64,000 nt of DNA from Moniliella sp. 'wahieum' (lineage: Eukaryota), in assembly GCA_003971905.1 (NCBI GenBank), contig RSEE01000033.1, positions 496,001 to 560,000 of the forward strand, read 5' to 3'. Below the pieces are notes generated by a model. The model did not search any database. It was given only the letters and a program-made list of their open reading frames with translations, and was not told where the DNA came from. Positions within the stretch are counted from its first letter, which is position 1; each line of letters opens with the position of its first letter. Positions 53,128-64,000 of the stretch are shown here, piece by piece. Both the position numbers and the translations under genes were made by a program.

Positions 53128-53538
53128 CTAGTGGTCTGGGTGAGCGTTTTGGACGGAGTGCGGGCCGTCGTCTTTGTCGGGGGGTCGCGACGGAACTAGA
53201 ACGGGCGGGACCGGCCGCGGTAGTAGACGAGACGGCCAAGGACGTGGCAGTCGCTGCAGGCTCCAATCCGCCGTCCCGGCGCCGGCAGCGTCATAGCCCA
53301 GGATGGCAGCGGGGGCGGCAATGAGCTCGTGTCGGAACGCGTGCAGAGTGTGGAGCCGAGGCAAGATTTGCGAGCGAGTTGCTTGCGTGCCGAATCGTAG
53401 TTTTTTTGGATGTCGGGCCCAATAGCAGAGCTGTGAGCAGAACCGGTCCTCTTCGATGGCCAGCTGTACCCGTCGCCGTCTTGCACTTCGTGGCTCACTT
53501 CGGGGAAGATGAGATGAGGGTGGCCTTGGCGGTGCCAT
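53128..53538 (-). CDS. Hypothetical protein (unrecognised)
   Basis: ATG at 53538 opens MAPPRPP...RVQLAIEEDRFCSQLCYWARHPKKLRFGTQATRSQILPRLHTLHAFRHEL. It looks protein-like and sits in a gene-sized gap, but no family motif was recognised. Confidence 0.25.
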   Translation of the reverse strand: MAPPRPPSSHLPRSEPRSARRRRVQLAIEEDRFCSQLCYWARHPKKLRFGTQATRSQILPRLHTLHAFRHELIAAPAAILGYDAAGAGTADWSLQRLPRPWPSRLLPRPVPPVLVPSRPPDKDDGPHSVQNAHPDH

Positions 53539-54444
53539 GTGTGTCTTACCAGCTACGGGTGACAGTAGACGGATCGTAAATGGTAATGAGCTTGCCCTGT
53601 GTTTGCCCAGCTCAACGTGCCCCCCAAACGCGGTGACTGCTGCCGTCGTCCCCCCCGGCACCAACGGGAGAAGGAATGGAGACGCCAACGAGCGATAACT
53701 CAAGGTAGGATTTATTGGTCCAGGGCGTGCAGCCGTGGAAGCGCCAGTGGCAGAACTTGTTCCATTGCTGCGACATGCTTGGGGCCCGCGAGCTGGGTGG
53801 GGGAGAGGCGGGCGGGGGGCACCCGGTAAGGCTAAGGCGACAACTATGATATATGATGCCTGATGGCGAGCCCTACCAACCATTCTCTTCTACACCGTTC
53901 CGCAATCAAGGCAAGCAAAAGGCCCAGGGAGAGCAGGGCGCTAGGGTTTGCTTCCCCGGCCCATTGCACTTACAGATCACAGTGTTGTCATGTTACAAAG
54001 TTGCGGCATCCCCCCCAAGTGCGCCTGAGACCTAGGCCAACTCCCACCTGGTACCGGTTCCCTCCCTTTCCCTTTCCACTCGCGGCGTCACGTCCAGGCA
54101 AAGGAGAGCGAGAACGAGGATGGATATGAGCTACGCACAGAAGCAGCGACAAAGTAGGACCATTGGGTTACAAGTACACAAGGGAAGCGCACAGCCTCCC
54201 ACCAGCGCGCCGTCTTTGTTCCAGTCTCAGATCTCGCCATCCCAAGCTCTCCCGCTTCGGCGCCTCGAGGCGGACGCAGCACGCAGTTCGAAGTCCCGGC
54301 GCATTGTGTGCGGGTGTCGCTGCTCGACGTCCGGTTGGTTTCACAACCCGAACCGACCAACAGGCGGGCCCTGGTGGCCCGAGCCAAAACCTCGATGGGG
54401 GGGTGGACGCGGCAGGAATGTCGGGAGATGGGACAAGGACAAAC

Positions 54445-54889
54445 TCAGCGCTTGGCTTGCAATGCGGCCTCTGTACCCGCGCGTTGGTCAGTACTCTTTA
54501 CAAAAAAAACCTCCGCCTGGAAAGCAGAAACAGCAAGCAAGCAAACAGGAACAACAAACAACGTACCCCTTCGCGTAGCGTCCTCGAGCAATGCCGTGTC
54601 GACAGCTTCAGGAGGGATATGCACGTAGCGCACGACCGAGGAGCGGATGAAAACCGAGGTGACGGCCGCCATGTGGGGTGGGCAGCCTCGTTGAGGACAG
54701 AAATATCGTCCAGCTTGAAGTTGAGGAACTGGTCAACGCTTTTGAGCGTACCGCGGATGCAAAGGTCGTTCTTGAGTTCCACAGTGACCGTCTGGTCGGT
54801 CAGCGTCTTGAAGGCCGAAAAGATCAGCTGGGGGACAGTGGGCCGGTCAGTCAGACGTGCACATGAGGGAGTGGGGAGGTGCATACCAT
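54445..54889 (-). CDS. LSM2: U6 snRNA-associated Sm-like protein Lsm2
   Basis: Exon 1 is ATG only (54889-54887); introns 54828-54886 and 54471-54566. MLIFSAFKTLTDQTVTVELKNDLCIRGTLKSVDQFLNFKL...FIRSSVVRYVHIP..VDTALLEDATRREA. One missing C in the run at 54675-54678. Confidence 0.93.
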
Positions 54890-56412
54890 GGCGGCCACAC
54901 GTCGTCCTCACGCTTGGTCGGCTGGAGAAGGAGAAGAGGAGGAGGAGGCGGGGGGGGTGGGGCTGGTGGTGGTGGGAGGTGGCAGGGAGCATCGCGATGG
55001 CGGAACGATGGGCGGAACGGCTGCTGAGATGCCTGCAAGCAGCACCAGCAGGCTTGGGGGGGTCGCAAATACACAAATGAACCTTTCATACATTACGTGA
55101 TGGCTCATTCAACATGCAATGCTCAATTTGAACGTTCAACGACTGCAGGATCATACTGTCTGCGACGGCTCGATGTATCGTTTGCTCGCTATATATGGCT
55201 TCAAGGCGACGCACTTCGAAGGTCAAATAAGGCGCGCATGGTGTTGAGGCGCCCTTGGCATGCGTACGAACCATCACGGCCCAAAACATCTGGCGGCATC
55301 CCTTGGAGAGGCGATGCCCGCATGCACGAAGTGCGCGAAACAGCCTAGCGCTGATTGGTCATCACAAAGAATGATTCAATCTTCTCATTTTTCACTCTTC
55401 TCCATGCTGATCACACAGTTTGGCCGGGGTACCGTCCAAAAGCTCCGCCTCGCTGTTTGGCCGTTGATGCGCTCTCCGATCCAGCGAGCGCCCACACCAC
55501 TTCAACGGGTCTTTTTCTCGCCCTTTGGCGCCCTGTCTATTTTTTGCGTGCGTGTTGCAAATGGGTTGGGTTGCGACTGCACGGGTCTGGCGAGACGGGT
55601 CGATAGCGTGGGTCGGTGCGAGTGTGGACGATCTGGATGGAGCGGTGGCTGGTGGCGAGCGGGGCTTAGCAGGGCGGGGGCATGGGGCGGACGTTGGACC
55701 AGCCAAACGGGGTCTGGCCACGGAAGAAGGCGAAGGCAAGTGGATGCAAAGAGGTGTTTGCCCAGCGAATGAAACCACTAGCAAACACGCGATGGCACGT
55801 GGTACCTCACGTGTGATGTCAACCATGTCACCACCTGACATGTGACATGTGACAGGCGAGATTTGAGATCACCTCGATCACCTGACCTCATTAGTCGTTG
55901 ATCGTAGGCTGGATGATGCATGATGGAGCACCGATGATGGGTCAGACGATCTGCTGGAGGAGGAGGGGCGGGAGATGGGCACAGGCTGTGCTGGCAGATC
56001 AGGGATGGATGAGATCGATGATGGCCAGTGGCAGGCCACAGCCGCCGGGTGCCCTGCGATGGAGGTGCCGCTGAGCGCCAGTGTGCACATCCCCCGCGCG
56101 AGGAGAGGGGGAGGGGGAGATGGAGGAGTGAGAAGGGAGATGGGCGATGGGCGATGGGCGATGGGTGTGAGACGCAAGAGGAGGCCTTAGGTAACCCGTG
56201 GCCGCTGTGTGCGTCGCTGGGATTGGCATTGGGCGGAGGGAGGAATATGGGGCGCCTGCCTCCTGGCTCCTGTCCGCCAGCGCTTGATGAGCCCAGCCAC
56301 GATGGAGGGGTGTGTTTGTGCGTGTGCGGCGGGCGTAAGCGCCGCCTGTGCCCGGCGCCTCCCAGCCTTGTCCTGTGTGGCCCTGCGTCGCCCCGCCCCC
56401 TTGCAGCCAGCA

Positions 56413-59381
56413 ATGCCCCCTGCAGACGAGCCCCCGCCGCCCGCGTCGGCCTCGGCGCGCGTCCGCGCCCACATCCGCGCCCTCTCCTCCTCTCCGCCGC
56501 CGCCGCCGCCTCGCCGCCCGCCACACCCACGCGCCCACGCTGGTGGCCCACCAGCAGACCCCCCCCCGCCCCGTCCCCCGCCCGCCTCCAGCCCCCTCCA
56601 CCCCGCCCCCCCTCCTCCTCCTCCCCCCCCTCCTCCGCTCCTCCCTCCACCTCCAGCGCCCCCCCGGCTCCGACCCCCCCCCCGGCTCCTCGCCACCCTC
56701 CCCCCCCGCCAACGCCCGCCCAGCGTCCCCCGCGCCTGGCACGCCGTCCGGCGCCTCGTGCTGCCTGCCCAGCCGAGGCAGCATGAGAACCGCGTGTTCG
56801 GCGTGCCCCTCGCCGAGGCCCTCAAGTACTCCAGCGTCGACATCAACGCCATCAACCCCGCCACGGGCCAGACCTACCGCTGGGGCTATGTGCCGGCCGT
56901 GGTGGCCAAGATCGGCTACTTTCTCAAGGAGAACGCGGTCGATGTCGAAGGCGTCTTCCGCATCGCCGGCTCCCAGAAGCGCATGAAGGAGCTGCAGGCC
57001 CTGTTTGAAACCCCACCCAAATACGGCCGTCACCTGGTCTGGGAGAACACCCATTTCCGCGTGCACGATGCCGCCTCGGTCTTTCGCCGCTACCTCAACC
57101 ACCTGCCCGAGCCCATCATCCCCCTCGACCTGTACCATGAGTTTCGCAATGTCGTCGCACGCAGGCCCTTCGACCCAGGCGCAGCCGAACGCGCATACAA
57201 GATCCTCATTCCCCTTCTCCCCCCCAGCCAATCGGTACGTGCTGCTGTATGTGCTGGACCTCTTGGCCCTCTTTGCCAGCCATAGCGACAAGAACCGCAT
57301 GCCGGCCACCAGTGCGTACCCTCTTCTGTCTGTCTCTTGTGTCGTGCGCCGTCGGAGCTCGATCTTCGGGCGATGATAGACTAACCCTCCCCCCCTCTCC
57401 CCTCTTGGCCACTCGGCAGATCTCGCTGTCATCTTCCAACCGGGCCTGTTTACCCACCCGTCCCTGCTGAGTTCGACCGAGGAACATGCTGTGGCGCTCG
57501 AGGTGGTCGAGTTCCTCATCACGCACCAAGCCAGTTTTGTCATGGGCGGCTCCCCCATTCACAGCCCACACATCCGCCCTGAAGAACTGACCCAGGTCAG
57601 CCAACCTGACCGTTTCCCGCCGGGCGCTCCGGCCGCCGAGGTGGGCGCCGACGCGTTGATCAACTCGGATTCCGACTCGGACGCACCGGCGGTGCTCGAA
57701 GCGCACACGGGTGGCGGCGCAGCGATTGCCCAACGTTCCGAACGCAGACCGCCTTCGCCCGCGCCCAAAAAGAAGCACCGACTTCACTTGCCCACCACCT
57801 TGACGGGCGAGAGCGAGGCAAGGCGGAGCGAGGGTACCGACCTCGGCCTCGGCCCCGCCTCGTCCGCGACAGACACACCCGTTCCCTCCATTCTGCCTTG
57901 CCTCGCTTGCGTACGTTGCTCTCGCATCACGACCAACCCGATCCGGCACCTGCTTTGCCCCCCGATCCGAACTCCCAGACCCCCGCGTCAGCCCGTGCCT
58001 CGACTGATCAGCCTGGCACCCCGACAAACGCTCGAACAGGCACGGCCGTGCCCGAACCAACGCGTCCGCCTTCCTTGGCGGTCGCTGGCTCGGCCGCACC
58101 GGTCCCAGTCCCACTAGCCCCGCCGCGACCACCACCACCACCACGGCCGTGCCGACGGCGCCCAAGATGCAGGGGGCGTTGTTGGAGACCAAAGTGGTGG
58201 GTGGACCGGTGGACCCGCTGACGGGTTTGACCACTGCGCAAGAACAAGAACCTATCAATTTGGTTCGCACCCTTTCCCGCACGTCGCGCCCTTCGCTCTC
58301 GTCTGCACCGGCGCGTCCGTCGTCGCACGCTTCCCACGCTTCGCTTCGGCAGGCGCGTCCGAGTTCCGGCGTGGGGCGCATACCTTCCTCCCGCTCCAAA
58401 GACGCCCATTCCCATCCCATCCGCATCCCACTTCGCTCTCGCACGCGCTCCCACTGGCTCCACCGTCGCTTCCGCCCACCGTCGGCCTCTCTCCCACACC
58501 GACCGGGCCGGAATGGAGGAGGATGGTGCTAGTCGCTCGTCGCCGGCGCCAGTTGCCACTGGTGCCCAGCGCGCACAATCCGCCCGCCGGGCCAAGACGA
58601 GGTCCAGCGATCCCCGTCGATGGTCCGACCAACCGGGCGCACAGGCCTCCTCGTTCCCCCCAGCGCCAAAGAGATCGCTGCGGCCGTGGCGCATGCTGGC
58701 CTGGCGCCTGCCGAGCGGGAGCGGGAGCGGGACAAGGATAAGGACAAGGACAAGGAACGTAAAAGGAAAAAGGAAGGTCAAGCCAGCAGCGAAACGACGC
58801 ATGCCACGTCGGCGGCGGTAGCGACCGGGTCCAAGGCCGAAGGGAGATCCTCTACCGAGGGAACGGCAGCCGCCTCTGCGTCCGCCTCCGCCTCCCCCGT
58901 GACCCATCCATCCCCACACCCCCACCATCCTCATCCCGTACGCACCAGCACGCCCCCGCGCTCGTCCGCCTTGGGCCATGGACCGACCCAGCCCTCGTCC
59001 CCGCCCCACACGCTCGCTCGCTCGGTGCACAAGTCCCGTCCGCCGCCCGCCCGGCTGTCGGAGCGGGACGACGGTTCGGCTCGGCCTGGGCACGGGGTGC
59101 ACGCTGTGCACTCCCCCGTGCACGGGACCAACGTGCGACCGAGCAGTGCCCATTTGGTCCTACCTACTGCACCATCTAGTGTGCTCGCCGCGCCTCTCCC
59201 TCTCGACCACGACCTAGCTCCTTCTCGTGCCGCCCCCGCGCACGAACGCACTGGCGTGCGGGGTGCGGCCCAGGTCGAGCCTGACCCGCGCTTTGCCCCG
59301 CGCCAGGTCGGACCGAGTAAGTTGTGCCTTGTGCCTTGCGGGGCTCGAGCGCGCCAGGGCCGGGTGCGCGCAGCCGCCTAG
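56413..59381 (+). CDS. Rho GTPase-activating protein (Sac7/Bag7/Rga5-like); frameshifted C-terminus
   Basis: Pro-rich N-terminus; VFGVPLAEALKYSSV, GYVPAVVAKIGYFLKEN, arginine finger EGVFRIAGSQKRMKELQ, VHDAASVFRRYLNHLPEPIIP, KNRMPAT|NLAVIFQPG (intron 57312-57419). 3' end approximate. Confidence 0.88.
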
Positions 59382-59520
59382 GCCTACCCTGCGGTTGGTC
59401 GGGACGAGGGCGAGGGAGAGGTGGGTTGTGTTTCGCTCGTTGTGCCTGGGATTTGTTTTGTTTGTCTTATTTCGGTTTGGCCCGGGTTCTTTTCTTTCCT
59501 CTTCTTCTACCTCGTCCTCG

Positions 59521-59620
59521 TTCTCTTCTCTCTCATTTCTCTCCTTTTCTCTCCGTTCTCTCATTTCTCTCATTTCTCTCCGTTCTCTCATTTCTCTCCT
59601 TTCTCTCCGTTCTCTCTGTT
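59521..59620. repeat. Pyrimidine-rich 9-bp repeat (TTCTCTC-AT/CG/CT) downstream of the RhoGAP
   Basis: About ten consecutive TTCTCTCnn units are visible. Confidence 0.8.
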
Positions 59621-60615
59621 CCTTTCCTTTCCTTTCTTCTGACCATCGCGTGCCCGCCCCCGCGGCACGCCCTCACGCTCGTTGCTCTTGTTTTATTTGG
59701 TACGGTTGCCAGTGCGTCTGGCGCTTCCTCGATCGACTCCGACCCGATCGAGCGAGGGACCCAGGCCAAGGCAGGCATTGCTCTTTTCCGACTGTCCTCG
59801 TCCTATTTCATGCTTTGTCTATTCGGGCCTGCATGCGTGCGTGTAGGTGCCGGTGTCAGTAGCGTACGTACGTACATGTCGTAGCAGGGCTTCTAGCGGC
59901 AGAAGAGGCAAAATGTACCAATTTCGGGGGAAGGGAGGTGGCTCAGGAAGGGGCATTGTCGCCGTGATGGCCAGATGGGTCGGGAAGATCAGCAAGAACA
60001 TCGATGTGCCTGTGCCACCCCACCGCTCGATTCGCGCGCTGCGCAGAGCCTGCTTGGGCTCGGCGGGGGCCCGACGCACGGCCAGAAAAAAGAGTGAACT
60101 GGAGACAGGGACCTCAGGTCTCAGGCAGGCAGGCGCGGGGGGTACAAGCCAACGAGGCTGCAGGAGGAGCGCACAGGAAAAGCGGGGTTGAAACGATGTT
60201 TGGTGCATAGGATTTGATGAACTCTGAGGCTCAGAGCTCAGGCGCAGGGGGTTGGTTCAACGTTCAGGCTCAATTATGAGGCCAAGGGATCAGGGGAACA
60301 AGGAAACAAGGGCATGGGAGGGAGGAGAGTTTGTTGCAGGGTTTAGATAGTTGAGGTTGGTGAGGTTGTCCAGGTTGTTGAGGAGACACAAAGCGCAGAG
60401 AGAATAGGCAAATAGACAAAAGAAAGTGGGTTCTCTCTCGTCCCTCGCGCCCCGCCTTGTCTGAGGGAGGGAGGGCTACAGGGCAAAAAAAAGTAAACAC
60501 GAAAATAGGACCATGAAAAAAGAGCCCTTGAAGCTTAAGGTAAAGCCTTAGGCCGGTGGAAGAACCAGACAACCGAGCTCGTCTCCGATCTCAGCCCATG
60601 ACACGATGAGTCCAG

Positions 60616-63157
60616 CTAAAGTGCTGCCACCCGATTCGAGCCCGTACGCGTCAATTTCCTCAGCAGGCTCGTCTTGGGCTCCACGGGCTGCCCGCCGCTC
60701 CGTGGGTCAGTAAGGATGGTAGACGGGGTGGGACGGTAGCCGTTACCATACGGAGCTGAGCCTGCCCCCTCGTATTCCCACGTACGCCGGTCGTTCGTAT
60801 AATCCGACACGGCACCCCCGAGCGCTGCGACCGGCCACTGCGCCCGCTCACCGACACGCGGCGGTCCAAATCTGAGCGCCCCCCAGAGCGGCCGGAACGG
60901 CCAGACCGACCCGAGATCGAACGCGCGGCCGACATGTACTCGGGGTTGTCCTCCAGGTCTTCCGTGCCATTGGTGCCTGTCGCTGCGGTGCTCACCCGGC
61001 GCAGACTCGCCTTGGTCGGTTTCAGTTCTGACCGCTTCGACGACGACTGGACCGGTGCGAACGGCGCGAGGAAAAGTCAGCGTCGCGGGAGGCTTCGGCG
61101 GAAGCAAAGCCGCTCGGCTCGATGGCCGGCTTGTACTGACGCGCGGGGCGAGTGCGCACAGTGGAGCGGTCCATAGGGCGTGCCCGCACTTCACGCGAGA
61201 AGAGCTCGGCTTGAGGGTGCACCGGCTCCGGTGGCGGACCGGGTTGGGACCCACGGCCACGCGAGCGCGAGCGGGGGACAGGTACGCGTGCGTCCTGTCG
61301 AACTGGGTTGAGCTTGCGATGGTGCCGCCGCGGACGATCATACGGTTGAGACGCATCCAGATCCTCATCCGGCTCGGCTTCGTACACCCCATCTCGGGCA
61401 TACGTCGCTCGACCCTCTTCTTCTTCTTCGTCTGGCTCCGACGCGCCTCCTAATGACATGCCACGGGCAAGACGCGTGATGGAATACCGCATCGACGACT
61501 TGCGTACTTGTTTAGGACGCGTTGCAGCTTCGTCGCCGTTGTGAGAGCGGGACGCCATGGATGAATGCGCAATGGGCCGACGCGAGCGAGATCCAACTCC
61601 GCCCTCTTCTCCGCCGAAACTGTCCTGGCTAAGGCCACGATTCGCCCTGGGGCGCCGCTCGGGGTCTGCACGCCCAGAACGAGGCCAGGCACGCGAGGTC
61701 CCCGAGGCAGAAGTGGCATCCGGCACACCATAGTCGTCCATCTCGTCCAGAGGCGCGTGCGTGTCGTTGGATTCGGGCTCTGCATCAAATCTAAGAGTTA
61801 GCAAAAGGAAAAAAAGGAACGGAACCTTTGGCTCGACAGGGGAAACACTCACTATTCAACCCCACCAGCTTCAGGAAACTCTTGGAACGGTTAGCACCAT
61901 GTGAGGATTCCGTGTCACGAGGAGACTGCGGTTCGTCATAAGGGTCTGCGTTATGGCCCTGGATTTTGGCAGAGCCTTGATTGTGCTTGGGGTTACGGGC
62001 GCCGGCACGCATGGCAGCTTCCATGCTCAACGAACTCCGTGTGGGTGACGGACGGAGGTTGTTCAACTCACCACCTTCTTCATTGCGTGACGCTTTAGCT
62101 GGCTCAGCGAACTCTGTCCACGGCTCCTCCGTATGGCCCCACATATCAGCCAAGGGGTTGGTCGTAGGGACGTAGTCATCGTATGCGGTGGTGGCCGGTT
62201 CGCTTTGAGATGGGAGCGTGCCTTGGGTTTCGCTCCGAGAAGGAGCTGGGGCTAGATCGGAAAAAAGGCCACGGGACGCAAGATGGGTATGATGGCTACG
62301 GTACACGCCGCGCTCCTCCGACGGTTCCGCCAAGGCGCGAGCGTTCCGTGCCCGAGCTGATTGACCAGGGCGGGAGGAATGAAGCGGTTCGGGGGCAGGA
62401 AGGAGTACTTCTCCTTCTGCAGACGGCGAGCATGCGAAGGCTGAGAAGCCAGGGGATCTTCTGTCCCTTCAATGTATGTGTCGGGCCCAGGCGACTCGGA
62501 AGAGCGATAGAAATCGTCATCCGCCTCACGGATTCGCCTGCTTTGGAAAGCACCGGCGGCATTCGAACCCATAACGTCGTATGCCGAATCGTGGTGGAAT
62601 GTGCTTTGACCGTGAATGCCAGTGTTGTCCAGGGTATCAATCACGTCGATGCGGGAGGAGCGGCGGGGATGCGAAAACGGCTCGTCTCGGACAAGCGGGG
62701 CGGGCGCATTCAGCGGTTCATCGCTGGCCGTGGCTGGGTCCGCGAGACCAACACCACTTCCCACGCGGGAAAGGCGGCGACGAAAGGCATTGGCAAAGCG
62801 TCCAGCGACGCTGACGCCTGCGGGCGCGGTCTCGACCGTCTGGGTGGGGGGGGGACTGCTGGGGTTGGAGGCGAGTGGGTGCTGAGGTCGGCGGCGGGGA
62901 AAGCATCGGGGTAGTCGGAAGAAGGGGGCATGGTGGGTGCACTGGTGCGGCTGAAGCGCGCTCCAGGTGGGGCGTGACGGTAGGCAACGTCGTCGGATCG
63001 GCCGGCATTGGCGTAGGCATCGACGGCGGCCTGGTCGGGGGAGAGGGACGGGGCTGGCGGCGCGAGGCGCGAGTGGTGCGTTCGAAGTTGGGCTGGTCGT
63101 CGTCGGCCGGCGGGGGCGGGCGCCGCGGGCGCGGGCGCGGGCGTAGGAGATGGACAT
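60616..63157 (-). CDS. Pal1-family cell-morphology/endocytic protein; frameshifted
   Basis: Pal1-like core IDVIDTLDNTGIHGQSTFHHDSAYD, then EEPWTEF; intron 61791-61852 (GTGAGT..GCTAAC..TAG); ends LLRKLTRTGSNRVAAL*. The start ATG at 63157 is tentative. Confidence 0.7.
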
Positions 63158-63620
63158 GGCGGCGCGGATGGGGGGGGGCGGTGGCGGGGAGGAGGCTGAG
63201 GACACCGAAGGGCGTTCGAGGTTGAGCCATGGCTGATGCGTGATGCATGATGCATCGTCAGCCCATCGATCTCCCAGCGCCCATCGCGCATGGCCGGACC
63301 ACCGGTCAACGGGGCGTCATGCATCCTTCTCATCGACGGGGCAGGGCGCCGGTGGCTGTGCGGTGGGTGATGTTCGTTGTGACACTGGCTGCGTGGGGGG
63401 CGAGGCGGAAGGATGATGCATGTGAGGGGTGGGGGGGGGGGCGGGCCTGGGGAGGAACACTGGCTGGGCGGGGGGAATGCGCTGGGACAGAATCCAAAAC
63501 CGCATCAGCCAGCATGCGGGGTACGACAGTATCCGTCGATGCTCGCGATGGCATTAATCACGAGGAGGACCACCGGGCCTACGGCCCGGTCGGCTGGGGC
63601 TTCGCCCCAGCTTGGTGCTG

Positions 63621-63790
63621 CGTCGCCACCTTAGCCACCGTTCCCCCGTCGCCACCTTAGCCACCGTTCCCCCGTCGCCACCTTAGCCACCGTTCCCCCG
63701 CCCCATCGCCACACCTAGCCACCGGTCCCTCCCCACCTTGCCACCGTTCCACCGTCGCTACCGTTCCACGCTGGAACCCTTCCACGCTGG
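63621..63790. repeat. 26-bp minisatellite (CGTCGCCACCTTAGCCACCGTTCCCC) x3 plus degenerate copies
   Basis: Perfect units at 63621, 63647 and 63673; decaying CCACCGTTCC variants follow. Confidence 0.9.
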
Positions 63791-64000
63791 AGAGGGCAAA
63801 TAATATCACCGATTCTCTGGCTGCGGGGTGGCTTGGGACGTGGCATCGGTCGGCACGTGCCTATGACGTAAAAGTGGCAGGATTTTCCCAGCCGATCTTA
63901 TGCAAGGTGCCAAGGACGACCACTTCGACATGCTCATGAGCCTGCCTCTCCGGCTGGGAGGATGTGGCAGCCCGCTTTACTCGTATATCGCGCCCCACGC

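Noticed and set aside
56138..56166. GATGGGC x4 heptamer repeat as part of the nnTNAnn class
   Set aside because: It has period 7 but no T-N-A core; recorded as a counter-example to the pattern.
55999..59153. Long minus-strand ORFs (519, 412 and 381 aa)
   Set aside because: Antisense shadows of the very GC-rich RhoGAP gene; low complexity and no motifs.
1..64000. CRISPR arrays, tRNA/rRNA genes, intact transposase or retroelement, biosynthetic gene cluster
   Set aside because: No repeat-spacer structure, cloverleaf, rRNA-length homology, DDE/RT ORF or PKS/NRPS motifs were recognised by eye; intron-containing tRNAs could have been missed.

Overview
Eukaryotic, GC-rich, gene-dense fungal DNA, most like a basidiomycete of the Ustilaginomycotina (inferred from protein motifs and mostly 52-110 nt GT-AG introns with CTAAC/CTGAC branch points). 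About 20 protein genes are supported: alpha/beta-hydrolase, GPI-anchored Ser/Thr-rich protein, CCCH zinc-finger protein, Mtr-type amino-acid permease, G1 cyclin, RIB1, ATG3, CTU1/NCS6, Nudix hydrolase, m-AAA protease, MATE and MFS transporters, LSM6, QCR6, Rab5, PRPP synthetase, ZIP9/Atx2 transporter, LSM2, Sac7-type RhoGAP and a Pal1-family protein. Many conserved genes carry 1-2 nt frameshifts, most likely assembly indels, so several gene ends are approximate. No tRNA, rRNA, CRISPR or intact transposon was recognised. Most notable: (1) many intergenic tandem 7-bp duplications with different sequences but one grammar (nnTNAnn, often palindromic), resembling target-site or excision footprints; (2) a 2-nt microexon needed to build QCR6; (3) an unannotated minus-strand spliced unit whose long intron has an H/ACA-like element; (4) a decayed HNH-endonuclease-like relic. 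All calls come from reading the sequence by eye; no searches were run.
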